Of a stretch of 64,000 nt of DNA, positions 1 through 14,661 are shown piece after piece (the stretch's first letter is position 1; every line of letters begins with the position of its first letter). Both the position numbers and the translations under genes were made by a program. Under the pieces are notes generated by a model, which saw nothing but the letters and a program-made list of their open reading frames with translations, had not been told where the DNA came from and ran no database searches. The stretch comes from Eledone cirrhosa (lineage: Eukaryota). The stretch is taken from contig OZ024743.1 of assembly GCA_964016885.1 (NCBI GenBank), positions 30,938,001 to 31,002,000 of the forward strand, read 5' to 3'.

Positions 1-880
1 TGTGGTGTGTGTTTTGTGAGTTGAATCTATGTTATTTCGTCGTTGGTTTATGTAGGGGGCATTTCTACGGAAACCTGTGTTGTGGTGGTTGGGTGTGTTT
101 CTTTTGGTGTAGTTGGCCGTATTTGGTTTGTGTTGGTGGGGGATGTGCCTGTGGTTAGTGTGTGTTGGGCTTGGTGGTGTAAATGTGTCTGTTTTAGTTC
201 TTGTTATGTTCAAATGCTTTATAAAGGGGTTACCTGTTTGGTGCGTCCTTTTAAAGTCTTCTTCATATTTGAGGAACCAGTTTTCGGATTTTTCCCACCG
301 TTTAAGGGAAATAATTTCTGCATTCTCGCAGTCCTGTTTCCACGATTTGATTAAATTTTGTAGGGTTGTTCCCTCGGCCTTTTTAGTGCATTCTTCCTCC
401 ATATTTCTATCAGTATGCTCCATATTTTTATCAGTGGCCCTTAATTTTAGGAGTTCTATTTCCATGTTTATCCTGTTGAGTGACATTTGTTCACGGAGTT
501 TTCTTTCTGGTTCAGGTTCGTTTGTAATATGCTTTATTTGGAATTTACGTGGTAAAACTATCGGTGTTGAGTTAATCCATTTTTGGTAAATTCCAGCTTT
601 GTTGAGGTTTTTTATCATATTCCAGAAAGTGAATTTTCTGGTTATTAGATGTTTTTTCCAGAGGTGTCCCATTTGGTTTTTGATATGGAGCAATGTCGTC
701 TGTTCTGTGTTGGTATTCATAAGTTTTTCGATGGAGTTGCATACGTTTTGAACGTTTAAATAAATTTGGTTGTCAGTCGGTGTGGTGGTTTGGGGTATAT
801 CCTGTTTTTTTGTCAGAATGGTGAGTTTTCCATTTATCTCTTTTAGGATTTTCAGGATTTCCTCATTTATATTGGAGTTT
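1..880 (-). CDS. Uninterrupted minus-strand reading frame (~290 codons, runs off the window edge); probable N-terminal region of a Penelope-like retroelement ORF
   Basis: Hand translation gives ...MNTNTEQTTLLHIKNQMGHLWKKHLITRKFTFWNMIKNLNKAGIYQKWINSTPIVLPRKFQIKH...WKQDCENAEIISLKRWEKSENWF... with first ATG at 720 and no stop before base 1, which explains its absence from the ORF track. The PLE assignment rests on recalled similarity and the adjacent HHR-like motif. Confidence 0.55.
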
Positions 881-883
881 GTG

Positions 884-930
<47 letters not shown>

Positions 931-1303
931 GTGTGTGTATGTATATGTATATGTATGTATGTGTGGATGAAGGTATGTGTGTATATATAGGTGTAAGTGC
1001 ACTAAATCCCTTTCTATCAATCTCCCCTCTCCTACCGACCACAGGGAGCTATATGTATGTATATTGCTTCCACCCCTTCACTGACCAGCAGCTGGCCATC
1101 TGGCCATTGCTAAATCTGACCTTTATAAAATAACCCACACCCCCAAATAACTTCTCATTCACTACCAGAAAGGCACACAGCAGTCAACTTGCGGCTACCA
1201 AGATGAAAACTACTATGAAATCCCACAATGAATGTTATACTTGAATTTTCAAATCTCAAATTTTAACTCTTCTTATTATTAATTTTTCTGAATATTAATC
1301 AAC

Positions 1304-1345
1304 ATTTGAAAAGATGGCTTTTGCAGACCCATCGAAACCGGTCAT
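1304..1345 (+). ncRNA. Hammerhead-like motif, U3-A8 variant core, weak stem I
   Basis: at TTGAAAA gatgg..ccatc GAAAC CG GTC at; palindromic ACCGGT minimal stem III; only 2 bp of stem I. Confidence 0.45.
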
Positions 1346-1831
1346 TTTTTATACTCTTTATTATTTCCTTACCTTATAAAATTATATGTTTTTTCACAAA
1401 AAAGTATTCTGTCTCTTATATATTCCATGTGCCATTACCAACCTCAATGTTCTCTCTTTCTCTCTCTCTCTCTATATATATATACGTGAGTGAATAAGAA
1501 TATTTATAATAAAATTATTTATATCCGGTTCGTTAACACGCACGTAACATGTGTGTGTTTTCTAGATGACTGACGTCTTCCTCTTGCTTCAGCGGTAGTA
1601 GAGAGGAATTAGTCGAAATTTGTTCTGGAATTATTGCCCCTTATCAAGACTGTATCCTCTCGTCACTGCTAGCCCCTGAAACAGCAGAGATTACATAGTA
1701 TTTTCAAAGGTACACATCGGGTGATTAGCATACTTTGCTATAGTGAGCGAAAAGAAACTTAGTTTTCATTTTTGAATATATATATATATATGTTTGTGCG
1801 CGTGTGTGTGTGTGTGTGTGTGTGAATGTGT

Positions 1832-1884
<53 letters not shown>

Positions 1885-2520
1885 TGTGTATGTGTGTGTG
1901 TGTGTGTGTGTACCAATAATATAATACAAAGGCTAGATATCATAACATCTATAATTACGCAAGCAATAGTCATGAAAAATATTTCTTTGGTGAATTTGGT
2001 ACATCATAATACCGTGACTCAATTAAATGACCCATCTTTTTCAGATGGTACATTAGTGAATTCATATGTAATCAATATGTAAGGCACTGCTGGTAATGAT
2101 ATGGAGAGAGTCCATTAGAATATCAACATCTAATACAAGTCTGTTTCCATAACACTACACTGAATTACTTCATATAAGGTTTATGTATGGATTATCTAAT
2201 GTGTCAACTGGAGATGGCGTGCCATTAATTGCGTCTCCTTATCATGCCTTAAATACTTCATCACAGAAATAAGTATCATGCCTATTCCGCAATTAAAGAT
2301 GTTTTGAAATCTAGCATTCGTGTTGTACAATTGATGTATTTGACTCCGTCTCACGCTACCCATATTAGAATACATTTTCCATCAAACGATATTTTCTTTT
2401 AATGCCATGGTTATAGTAGATTGGATAAACGTAATCACAATACCGGCTACTAATTAGCCAATACACTATAATACCAGTATATATCTGTGTGTTTGTGTGT
2501 TTGTGTGGATGCGTGTATCT

Positions 2521-2760
2521 GAAGGAGCATGGCTTTGTGGTTAAACCGTTAAACTCACAATCGTCAGGTTGTGAGTTACATTCCTGTACCAGGTGGTGTG
2601 TTGTGTCCTTGAATAAGTATTCTACTTCAAGCTACTCCAGTTTACTCAGCTGTAGAATTGAGTGACGGCGAGACTGGTGCCAAGCCGCACTGACCATTGC
2701 CTTTCTCTTGAACATCATCGGTGTTGTGGAAAGAGGATCCTAGTATGCATGGACAACTCG
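2521..2760 (+). mobile_element. tRNA-derived SINE (family S1), diverged
   Basis: A-box-like tggctttgtggtt, B-box-like gttacattcc, CORE-like tgtccttgaataag; homologous to 19606-19940 and 47864-48170. Confidence 0.7.
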
Positions 2761-2761
2761 G

Positions 2762-2892
2762 ATCTAGCTGTCAAAACGGCCGGAGTTCAGCTGTCTGGAT
2801 CCTGACTTTTTTCCTATTGCCCACCCTACTGCCCTAAGTATCGAGTACTCTGGTGCATTATTGTCCACCTGGTTCCTTACCACACTTTCTTT
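2762..2892 (+). mobile_element. Diverged copy of short element family B
   Basis: Matches 16455-16585 (ccctaagtatcgagtactctggtgcattattgtccacctggttccttaccac); ends in a TA run. Confidence 0.7.
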
Positions 2893-2907
2893 TTTTATAT
2901 ATATATA

Positions 2908-3614
2908 CTAGCAGAATGGCCCGGCGTTGCACGGGATTCTAAACATAGATTGGCATGTTTATCCCTCCTTGCTGAAACAGTACAGATAAGTACGGAATAC
3001 CTCAGCCTGAGGATGGTGTCTACATTTTGTGCTTATAAAAACAATTCGTCGCTCATTACCAGGGGTTTAACTTAATTGGGTGCCTGAGAGTAAAATGTTC
3101 AATCCACGAAAGCCAAGACGATAGGGTTAAGTAAAAAGGCATTCAACAAATCGAACATGCATGTGTTGTGCTATTGTACAATGAAAGCAATAGTTACACA
3201 GCAGTAAGCATGTGGGACTGCAGTGGTAGAAAGCATGAAGGATATTAGTTGGATACTTTTATGGTTACTGGCCCTAACGCAGCCAAAATGTTAAGCAATG
3301 CGGTCCCCGGGCAAACATTTGAAATATTTTCAATCAAGAAAATTTGTGAAACATAAGTAATGCATACGCAAAGTTTAAAAAAAATTCGGTTTGCTACTTT
3401 TCTAGTTACAGTCCCTCACGCAACCAAAATGCTTTAAAAAATCGGTTTTTTGCCTAATGCGGTTCCTGGAGAAAAAAAAAATGAGAAAATATGTTTTGCT
3501 CAAAAAACACTTTAAACGACATAAGTAATGCATATTTTGAAGAAATCGCCTGGATTATTGTTCCATCATGCCTCAAAAAAGCCTTTAAAGCCTAAAATAT
3601 GCGGTTTTCGCCTA
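2908..3614 (-). mobile_element. Helitron 3' end (non-coding), truncated by the assembly gap
   Basis: Minus strand ends cccgtgcaacgccggg (hairpin) ccattctg CTAG followed by T, the canonical Helitron 3' terminus; internal ~120 bp tandem repeats at ~3270-3610. Confidence 0.75.
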
Positions 3615-3814
3615 NNNNNNNNNNNNNNNNNNNNNNNNNNNNNNNNNNNNNNNNNNNNNNNNNNNNNNNNNNNNNNNNNNNNNNNNNNNNNNNNNNNNNN
3701 NNNNNNNNNNNNNNNNNNNNNNNNNNNNNNNNNNNNNNNNNNNNNNNNNNNNNNNNNNNNNNNNNNNNNNNNNNNNNNNNNNNNNNNNNNNNNNNNNNNN
3801 NNNNNNNNNNNNNN
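3615..3814. other. Assembly gap (200 N)
   Basis: Run of n. Confidence 1.
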
Positions 3815-4432
3815 GAGGATTACCATTTATTGTTCATCAGTGGGTGTAAAATTAGTAAACTCGTCACTTCTAAGTATATCAGAAAAACTGAATAGTGTGC
3901 GTATATATAATAACGCACATGGTATCAGAACCTAGCGTGTCTCACAAACTCACACCACTATAAATAGCAGCCAAGTTTATTCGACATTTAAATTAGCTCA
4001 ACAAATTAACGGAGCCGAATATATCAAGCGTATATATTGAGTTAGAAACCCGAAATAGTCTCTTACAATAAAATACCCCAAGGAAAGAGATTTTCCCGAG
4101 CCGTATATTATAATTGAATATAAAAGAGATATAAACAAAGATATATATATATACGTGTTCAAATCGTAAGGGACCAGATTCGCTAAGGTGAAAAAAATAT
4201 TAACTATTGGTTTGCCAGACTCAATTTAAGAATAAAGCAAGAAAATAAATACAAACCGGAATTGTTGTAACTACCAATCACCCAGACAGCGTTTGACGAT
4301 GCTGTTTCGCAAATTAATTGTGAAGAGGATTACCAATTATTATAATATACGGCTCGGAAAAATCTCTTTCCTTGAGCTATTTTATTGTAAGAGACCTTTT
4401 TGAGTTTCTAACTCAATATATACCTTTGATAT
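3815..4432 (-). mobile_element. ~510 bp circularly permuted HHR-bearing element with terminal inverted duplication
   Basis: gaggattacca recurs at 3815 and 4325. HHR 5' half (caccca CTGATGA) at 3834-3846 and 3' half (GAA ACAGC..GCTGT C tgggtg) at 4279-4312 on the minus strand. 4336-4432 is an inverted copy of ~4021-4112. Confidence 0.7.
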
Positions 4433-5087
4433 AATGTAATACAACAATTTTAAGAGTTAGGCTTTTCTCTGTGAATGAATTTTGACTTTGCGAAAAGTAA
4501 AAGCTTTTATAACAAGCTATGGTAAAATTAGATTCATATGGTTCGTCATTTACGTGTATGACACGGAGAGTTCCCAGCACGCTCGTCAAGAAAATGTCAA
4601 CGTCACACTCACCAATGGTCAGTAAAAATATCTATTCGTAAATTACGTGCACCAATGACACTAGCAAAAAGTTTAATAGAAAGAAAACTTTTATTTACAC
4701 TACCAGGAAAAATGAAGAAAAATATTGGAAGCCACTCGACTCTATTTAGAATAATGCAACACCAATTTCCTCTTGCTTTTGACGACACATCAACACAACC
4801 ACTTGTCTTGAACCAACTGATGGAAACGCTGTGTATCTTTTCTAAACATATTATATTCCTTCTTGTTGTAATTTTCTGAAATTCAAATCACCTGATTGTT
4901 TAACTCGTTCACGTTTTGAAACTGGCGATAATTTAGAGTTAAGTCAAAATGTTAACATGCATACTCAAACACCATGCCGTGTTGATTGCCCTATTCTTGC
5001 GTCATTTCTATTCACAATTGTATACACATAAAACACACGCACGCACATACAGACGCACATACACACACGCACACATACACGCGCACG

Positions 5088-5161
<74 letters not shown>

Positions 5162-5884
5162 GGTTTTTTAATTGTTCTACACATGGAGGAGGCCACACAC
5201 CATACAGATATCTTTTGAATGTAATCTGAGCAAATATACGTACGCTTCTTAGGCAATTCTATCATTCTGTCAACAAATAAATAGATATTAATTCTGCTAC
5301 GTGAAACATAGCTATGTAATGTGTAGATACATGACAACCCAATATATTCTTCCTATCCCTCGAAGATTGCTAGAGCTTCATTCTCACACCATAGCCAGCT
5401 ATTATAGAAAAAAAACTCGCCAATGCTGATTACCATATTATATAATATTTGGAATATTTATATTAGGCTGGGGTATTTCTTTCACATATATTTAATGGTA
5501 TGACATGTTGGGATATATATGCATCTTTATAGAATATTTATCTGTCGGTGTAAACGATAAGAAATGAAGATGCAAGTAACTACCAATTCCACAGTCACAT
5601 ACACCTGTATTGTAAGTTCCTGTGGGGATTCAATATGACACAATGTGTGACAAGGCTGGGACATTTAATTACAGATACAGACTTTAGATATAATTCCATC
5701 ACGAAATATAATTCACAATTTTGAATCGACAGGGAACTATGATGAATAAAAAAACTTTCCACCAGAAGATACAGAAACACACACCGCAAATATGTCGTAT
5801 ATATATGTAGAGAGAAATAGCGATATGACTGAGTGTGTATGCATGCATATATACAACGTATACATTTGTATATACATATATACA

Positions 5885-5979
<95 letters not shown>

Positions 5980-6102
5980 ATATATATATATACGTATATG
6001 TAATTAAAAAAATAATAAAGCTCTCTACCCCGTTATTAATGGGTTAATATATCGAGCTTCTTCGCATTTGGTAATAAACTGGTATTATAGTCAATGTATT
6101 CA

Positions 6103-6247
<145 letters not shown>

Positions 6248-6303
6248 AACAATACAAACAGAAGTCAAGTATAGGTAGATGGTCAGTTCCTTTATATATA
6301 TAC

Positions 6304-6436
6304 ATTCATTTATTAAGGTATTGGTGAGCTTTGTTACTCTAATGTTTCACCTGCGCTCTCACAGGAACACTAGTCGTGTCTGGTGAGTACGCAGGTGAGA
6401 CTCCAGAGTAACAAGGCTTATCCATAATAAATGAAT
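6304..6436. repeat. Diverged fold-back with degenerate HHR-like arms
   Basis: ttcatttatta..ttgttactct..tcacctgcg mirrored by cgcaggtga..agagtaacaa..taataaatgaa; right arm reads ctggtga..gagac tcca gagta. Confidence 0.55.
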
Positions 6437-6809
6437 AGTTAAACTCTACCTAGGTATAGAGTTTTCATTCTTACATCCGTCAATAATTCGCGCACTCTTA
6501 AGCCTTGATAAGTTGACCCCCACCCCGTTTATTAATTTTTCAGACGCCCATCCCGTTTTTATTCCCCGCCTCCAGGACTTATTAATTTTGCTAATCTTTC
6601 TCCGGCGAAATTTTATTCTAAGTGATTCATATTGATAAAGCAGCTGGAGTATCTAATAATTATTTTATTTTACATTAAAAAAACCAAAAACATATATGAC
6701 GAAACAAGAACATTACAAGAAATCCCATATTTGCAAACATCACTATACAATTACCGATTTTCCAAGCAACCCATTATTGACATCCCTCCTATTATTTGGA
6801 ACACGAGAA

Positions 6810-8375
6810 TACCACCAAACTCTCCTTCTCTATATGTCTACCACGCAAAAGTACCCCATTTCGTATCTACTATAACCAATCTCTCCCCCTCACTATATCT
6901 AACACTAACGCACTCACCACTCTATAAATATCTACACTTAACTTTTCCAATCCCCCTCTCTATATCAATCACGCTTAAACTCTCCCACCTCTCTATATCT
7001 ACTACTCGGCACTCTCCCATTATCCATATCTCTATATAAACAACCACCAAATACTCCCCCTCTCTATATCTAACGTACATAACACTCTCCCAACCCCTAT
7101 TTTAAGGTCAATCACCAAGTCCCCACTCGACTTCTCTACCACACTCTCTCGTAATCGTTCTCGCTCTATCCATTACAAATTCCGCGTTTATATTTTTTAC
7201 GACAATGTCTCATCCGGTCCCCCTCTATATATTTAGCAATATTTATCTCTCCCAACACCTCTCTATAACTATTAGACGACACTCGCCATTCAAATCAGCC
7301 CCGCTTAAACAATTACCACCAAACTATGCCCCTCTCTCTATCTACATTACATAATTCTCTCTCCCATTCCCGTTCACTCTCTCCAAAGCTAACAAATTCT
7401 CCCCCTCCCTATATACTGCTCACTACATCAACCATGCAACATATTCTACCAACTCACTTTATATATCAATTAACACCAAACTCTCCTCCGCTCTATATCT
7501 ACAACATGGAACTCTCTTTCACCCCATCTCTCTATATCAAGTAACATAAAATGTTCCCACTCTCTAAATCTACTACACGGAAATCTCTCCCAACACCCCT
7601 CTCTATATCAATTACCACGAAACTATCCTCCGCTCTCTATCTACCAAACAACATTATCTCTCATTCCCTCTCACTGTCTCCATCACTACCAAACTTTACC
7701 CCTCTCTATATCTATCAATACGTATCTCTACCAATCCTCTCATTCTATTCATTTCCACCAAACACTCCTCCTCTCTATATCAATAGTAAAACACGTTCTC
7801 CTAATATCGCTCTCTATAACAATTAACACCAAACTCTCCTCCTCCCTATATCTACTTCACGAACATCTCTCCCCATCCTCCTCTCTATATCCATTACCAC
7901 CAAACTATCCCCCTCTCTATATTTATTATACAACACACTTTCCCAACCATTTTCACTATATCAATTACCCCCTCTCTATATCTACCGTACAGCATTCCCT
8001 CTCACTTTATCCTCCTATACGAAACTCTCCCAATGTCTATATCTATCAATTCCTATCTCTATCTATTCATTACCGCCAAACTCTTCCTCTCTTTATATCT
8101 ATTACACGGAACACTCTTCCAATACCCCTCTCTATATCAATTAACACCAATCTCCCACCCCCCATCTGTATATCATTTAGCCCCAAACTCTCCTCCTCTC
8201 TATATCTACTACACGGAAATCTCTTCCAATCTCCCCCTGTATATCAATAAACATCAAACTCTCTCTCACTCTATATCTAATATATAACACACTCTCCCTA
8301 CCTCCCTCTCTCTATCAATTACCATCAAATTCCCCCTCTCTATATCTATATCCCTCCCTCCCATCTATCTCTACA
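6810..8375. repeat. Degenerate pyrimidine-rich minisatellite, unit ~65-70 bp
   Basis: Recurrent caaactctcccctctctatatctac...cccctctctatatcaattacca motif over ~1.5 kb. Confidence 0.8.
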
Positions 8376-8574
8376 TAACATGTACATGCATTCTAGCTCA
8401 TATACAAATAGTTGAATATTTTGCTAGTTTGGGGAGAAGAATATAATTATGGGGGGGGGGCATGCCTCCCCTCTTCTCCCAGTTCTATCGCCTATGCTTC
8501 AGGTACAAACACTCCACCTACAGCAAACAAGTGACTTTCCGATTGAATCCTGACTGGGGATAACCGGACGACAC

Positions 8575-8950
8575 ATCAGTTTGTACTGGAGATACGCAGG
8601 TGACGCACGTTTGCTAATCTATTCCAGTGTCGAGGCAGAGGAAATATATAAAGTATTTAATAAATTACACAACACCATCAAGTTTGATACCCAAAGTCGA
8701 CGGTTCTTTAAGTCTGCTCGACTTTACTTTACCCTTAGCTTCAGAAAAGGACAACATCAGCTTTGATTATAAAAAAGTCAAGGGTGATGTATTCCTCCAG
8801 CCAAACTCACCTTATCCGCAAAATCTAAAATAGCATGTGGCAAGGAACTAAGTTATTCGCTGCAAGGACAGATGCGACGAGGCCGCCCTAGCAAGTTCTG
8901 TGCCATGTAACTTTCGGAAACTGCTGTCAAATAGAGTCTATGAACAATGC
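8575..8950 (+). pseudogene. Penelope-like reverse transcriptase fragment (motifs 5-7), frameshifted
   Basis: YWRYAGD (decayed YVDD), FNKLHNTIKF, then DGSLSLLDFTL in the next frame. Confidence 0.75.
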
Positions 8951-9649
8951 TTTGTACAAACCGTTGTGAAATGTATGGAACCAAAACACAGTCACTGAAG
9001 CCACACGAGAACACCAACCACTACGCTCAGTTCTCATAGCAAGCACAACCAATCGCAGACTTACAATAGTGACGAAAGGAAATGTAGAGAAAGAATTGAG
9101 AGATCAAACAAAACCTGGGTCTACCATACCAAGGAGAACAAACAGAAAATCGTCTTTCACTAGTGATATACTATATGATATGTTGGCCATATTAGCTATT
9201 GTATTGCTTCTGTTGCCGACTCCTACGATAGTGTACTCCCTGGCAGGCCATCTCCGAAGGCAGAAAGCATCTTCTTCGATACCCTGCGCAAGGTGTTGCC
9301 TCAACATCCTTCCACGATGTAGTGTATGAGTTAAATTGAACGTGCGGAGTTAACTATATCGATTCCACAAAATGCCAACATCATAACCGAATACTCGAAC
9401 ATTTTGAATTCGGAATCGATCTGACATACCAAGTAAAACAGTCGGAAAATTCTTTTAGAATCTGCATGAGAAGATTAGGCCTCCCAGTGCGAGTAACAAG
9501 GTGAGGAATGACGTTGAGGCAACATCTCACGCAGATCATTGAAGAAAATGCTTGGTGTTTTCTTAGATACCCTGTCAAGGAATACTCTGCTACATGAATA
9601 GGTAACAGCCGCCAATATGCCTAAAATACCATGTAGATTATGAGTTGAT

Positions 9650-10495
9650 TTGCGCGTGTGAGCCAACTACATCGGTTTCCCCAAACGCACACTTGATAAC
9701 CGAAAACTGGAATATCTTGAAAAAACAACTCTTCCGAGCGATGTGATTCAACACAAATAATTATATGGAATTAAAATCAACACAAAAATATGGTCTACCT
9801 AAGAATGGGGAAGGCTCATTTTATTAAGTATCGGGAGCCTACTCTAAGCCGTCGGAGTGATCTGGACATATGGAAACATCTCTATATGTACTCCGACGAG
9901 TAACTGATTAGCCAAACCAGGAATTAAATTAATATAGTCTGAAGAAAGATTATTAAAACTGAAAGCGCTCACTATCAAGTGAACGATACTAACACTATGG
10001 ATATTCACGCCATTATCCTTCTCTTCATTACATTTGCCCGTCCCTACCCTTAATTCGGTTCACGAAACGAATTATTATGAAATCGAAGCAGCCCAGAAAT
10101 CAATGACAAAACTCATAGTCGGCCCTGACTAAAGGGGTCGACAAGAAAATTACAAATTCTAGGCAGTGCACGCTACATCATTTGCAAGAGGTGGGAATTA
10201 TTCCACAAATATTACATAAGAGATGCAGACATCACATTTTAAATTCAGCCAAGATCTGGTAACCTTAATATTTGCCCTCCTTAGAAATCGACGCCAGACG
10301 ACAAGGTTACGCACCAAGTCTTTCCCCTCAACGGGCCCTGATCTCGCTCATAGCCTACCAAAATGTATCACGATAAAACATAACAAACACATATCAAATG
10401 GTCCATGAAAATACTCCTAGAAAATCGGAATAAACGCACTTCCCTATTGTCTCTGGCAATAAGCAATAATAATGGTTTCCTTGATTGGAAATGAT
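9650..10495 (+). pseudogene. Highly decayed CR1/L2-like LINE ORF2 C-terminus
   Basis: Scattered peptides resembling LINE 3' ends (YIICK, KSFPSTGPDLAHSLPKCI, NNNGFLDW); many stops and frameshifts. Confidence 0.4.
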
Positions 10496-10606
10496 CACCA
10501 AAACATGACTGAGATATGAAATATGAATTTAAATATTTCATGTGGTGATGCTATTAGGTATGGACTCGGGCAATACTCGACAAAACCTTTCAAAGTTAAC
10601 AAACTT

Positions 10607-10640
<34 letters not shown>

Positions 10641-10646
<6 letters not shown>

Positions 10647-10854
10647 GTGAGGTTTTTTTTACAAAATTAAAAATAACCGAGGTGTCCTACACGAGTGAAA
10701 GTATAAAGAAAAAGAGATGAAATCGAAAATGCAACTGGAGTCTTATTTTTTTTTTAAATATATATATTTATTTGGTTCCTTTACCGGTTTCGCAGTTCTT
10801 CTGCTTTTCAAAAGGTGAGTTGAGATGGAGGGTCTGTGGTTTTTCTCACATCTG
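10641..10854 (-). mobile_element. Short element family A (~210 bp), inserted in (TA)n
   Basis: Near-identical or related copies at 21466, 24301, 53215 and 57591; TA arrays on both sides. Confidence 0.85.
10778..10815 (-). ncRNA. Minimal type I hammerhead, U3-A8 core variant (family A)
   Basis: cctt TTGAAAA gcag-aagaa-ctgc GAAAC CG GTA aagg: 4 bp stem I, 4 bp stem II, palindromic ACCGGT stem III, GUA triplet. Confidence 0.7.
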
Positions 10855-10879
10855 TATGTATATATATATATATATATAT

Positions 10880-10950
<71 letters not shown>

Positions 10951-11010
10951 TATACATATATATATATACATATATATAAACATATATATATATATATATA
11001 TATAAACATA

Positions 11011-11044
<34 letters not shown>

Positions 11045-11049
11045 CATAC

Positions 11050-11103
<54 letters not shown>

Positions 11104-11106
11104 ATA

Positions 11107-11140
<34 letters not shown>

Positions 11141-11145
11141 CATAC

Positions 11146-11249
<104 letters not shown>

Positions 11250-11664
11250 ATGTGTGAGTGTGTGTATGTATGTATATATGTATATATATATGTATATATA
11301 TATATATATATATATTGGCGAATTGGTAGAGTCGTTAGAACGTCGTAGTTATGGGACAATTGTGTGTGTGCGTGTGTGTTTATGTGTGTGTCCATGCTCC
11401 CGTAACGTAGTTGTTGGATAAAAAACATACTTAAATAATGCTAGTCTGGAAAAGATAAGTACTGGTTTCGATATGATCGACTGAATCAAGAGGCTGCCCC
11501 AGCATGACCGAAGAATATTTATTAAAATAACTAGAGACAAGAAAGTATACATATACTGAGTCAGATATCGCGACCCAAAAATAAACACGTATTCTTGAGC
11601 GTGTATACAAACACGTACATTTCTGAATATGTATTGCACTATGTATATATCTCTCTGCGCGCGC

Positions 11665-11731
<67 letters not shown>

Positions 11732-12027
11732 GTGTTTTGTGTGTTTATATCGTCAATTTGCAAATCCCTCGGATCAACAACAAAACATATATAAGTAGAG
11801 AGCCATTAAATCATTTCTGATATTTTTTCCTGGAGTTACTGAATTGTACAGTGTTTGTTTACTACCGTGTACATAGTGGTATATATAAACGTTTTAAATG
11901 TGGGAGCGCATATACATCCGTGAATGTATACAGTCTGGCCCCGTGTCACTAACTTCGCATTCATGTTTGTTTTATTTACACGCACGTGTAAGGAAATCGT
12001 ATTTTTCACACACCCTTTCTTTGTATG

Positions 12028-12136
<109 letters not shown>

Positions 12137-12659
12137 GTCTCTCTCTCTCTCTCTTTCTCTCTCTCTGTCTTACTCTCACATATGCACACACGTTTTAATT
12201 TCTCACACTACCTATATTTATCTTTCTCACATGTCTATCTCCCTCTGACTATGTGTATGTCAGGACCAGCTGACTGCAAATGTTGTTTCGTTAAAGCAAC
12301 AGAAGAAGAAACGGGCGAGGTAGAGATAGAGAGAAATATAGATGTGTGTGTGTGTTTAGTAAACAATTCGTCCGGAATTTTCCCTACCTTCTACAATATA
12401 TTATGGGTCACTCTATACACGTTTCTCTGAAATATCTTACAAAATATACTTCTTTCAAATTCTGTCTCATCACCATCAGCATTACAACATCTATCTAAAT
12501 ATATCCGTATTCTTCGCTTCGTAGCTGCTATAATCTCTTCAATTATATTTATCTTCATTCTTACTCTCCTTTTTCTGTTCTGCCATCTATCTATAATATA
12601 CCGTACCGATTTTCAATACGACGCTCACCAACAAAATCTTTATATTTTTTTATCGCCAT

Positions 12660-12817
12660 TATACTCGTCATTATCACCAGCATCATCATCGTCATCATCA
12701 ACAACATCATCATCAAAATCATCATCATCTTCATCAACATCGTCATCATTATCATCGTCAATATCGTCATCATCATAATCATCAATATCGTCATCATCAT
12801 CACCATCGTAAATATCG

Positions 12818-12856
<39 letters not shown>

Positions 12857-12865
12857 CCGCCGTCA
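12660..12865. repeat. (CAT)n trinucleotide microsatellite, imperfect
   Basis: Direct reading. Confidence 0.95.
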
Positions 12866-13461
12866 TGTTGTTTGTGGTTGTCATTCTTTTCTCTTTAGAC
12901 GATTCCGCTATATTTGTATTCTTTCATAACTGTTTTCTTCTGTTCTTCTTCCCTTTCGCTATCTCATTCTTTCTCTCTCTCTACTCCATCTCACTTTCTT
13001 TCTGTCTACGTTCCTCTCACTAGCCCCTCCATTTATCTTCCTATTTTCTTTCTCTGTCTCTGTATTATAATAAAGCGAGAAACAAACTGAAAATCCAAAT
13101 AAAATAAAATAGCATAACATATTATCTCTCCTGCTACTCCTATTACTTCTTTCTCTTCACCTTCACGTCCTTATCTTCTTCCTTTTCCTCTCCTCCTTCT
13201 TCTCCTCCTCATCTTCCTCCAACACTGTATGTATGGCTTGTTCAAGGTGGGCACTGACCACATTACTTCTATCATGGAAAAACTGCCGGTCTGCACACTT
13301 CGAAGAATTTTTCTACACAAGTACCGGAATTACCACTTCTTGAAACTCTCTTCACAACAACTTGAACACGGACATTACAGAGGAATATATGTAAAACCAA
13401 ACACTACCGCTTTATAAAGATTTATCTAAGTACAAAACAAGATTATATATACATACATACG

Positions 13462-13532
<71 letters not shown>

Positions 13533-14435
13533 ATGTATATATCTATATATAATAGGTATTACATACAAGTGTATTGAATTATATCCACATACAAATTTCG
13601 CAATTATTTTTCGCAACACGGATATATCAGTCGTATTCCACAATGAGCATTGATTGCAATGAGAATTTTCAAAGAAAAATATAAATTCATGATATTATAA
13701 GAAAAGTATTTTTCTATTATTAAAAAATTAAACGAAAAGAAAGCAATGAAACAGAAAATAATTCGGTATTGTAATTCCTTTAAACCCTGTTGCTAGCAAA
13801 AACAAATGACAATTACTCCCATTATTTAACATTTATCACTGACAGACTAATACTTAAGGAGAGTTTATATATATATATATTTATAAGTGTTTGTGTCGAA
13901 CACATAATCATAGTAACAGTTTTCATATTCAGCCGGTTTCAAATGTACCTTTAGTTTCCGCTACCAGTTCTCTCACTCTAACTGCTTTTTCACTGTCATA
14001 TATATATATATATATAGATATATATCACCTCATAACCAACCGACGTCTAACACACCCTTACCTTAATATATATATATATATATAAAGTACTGACATGTAT
14101 ATATATATTGTATTATGTAATATTGTATGCCTAACAAACCACATTCTAGAAATTTAAATTATACAAAAACAAACGTGAGAGTGGGGCGAATGTGCCGAGA
14201 GATAGGAAGACTGGGATGAATAATTTCAAGTAGTACATGAGGCAACAAACCTCGTAACATAAATAAGTTCAAAGGAAATAAAGTTTTATAAGAATCTGTT
14301 GACAGACAACAACTGAATGACATCTCACCTGATTCTACCCAAATCACTCTATTATTTCACTACTCCACTTCTACACTCGTTCTTTTCGAAAATTGATCAC
14401 ACCTTTTGTCTCTCTCTCTTCCCAAAACAAAAATA

Positions 14436-14481
14436 ACTACTACTACAACTACTACTACTAATACTACTACTACTACTACTG

Positions 14482-14515
<34 letters not shown>

Positions 14516-14569
14516 CGCAGCCACCACTAACACTACCATCACAACTACCACTACTATTATTGTTACTAA

Positions 14570-14604
<35 letters not shown>

Positions 14605-14616
14605 ATAATACAACTG

Positions 14617-14661
<45 letters not shown>

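Noticed and set aside
43-589. Plus-strand ORFs of 103 and 158 aa
   Set aside because: Antisense shadows of the long minus-strand frame.
4605-4660. Two CCAAT boxes ~40 bp apart
   Set aside because: No downstream gene or other promoter evidence; expected by chance.
6810-8375. CRISPR-like periodic repeat
   Set aside because: Degenerate low-complexity minisatellite without unique spacers or cas genes, in eukaryotic DNA.
9257-9560. ~60 bp diverged inverted repeat (9257-9317 vs 9500-9560)
   Set aside because: Probably an old inversion within decayed LINE sequence; no HHR or TA flanks.
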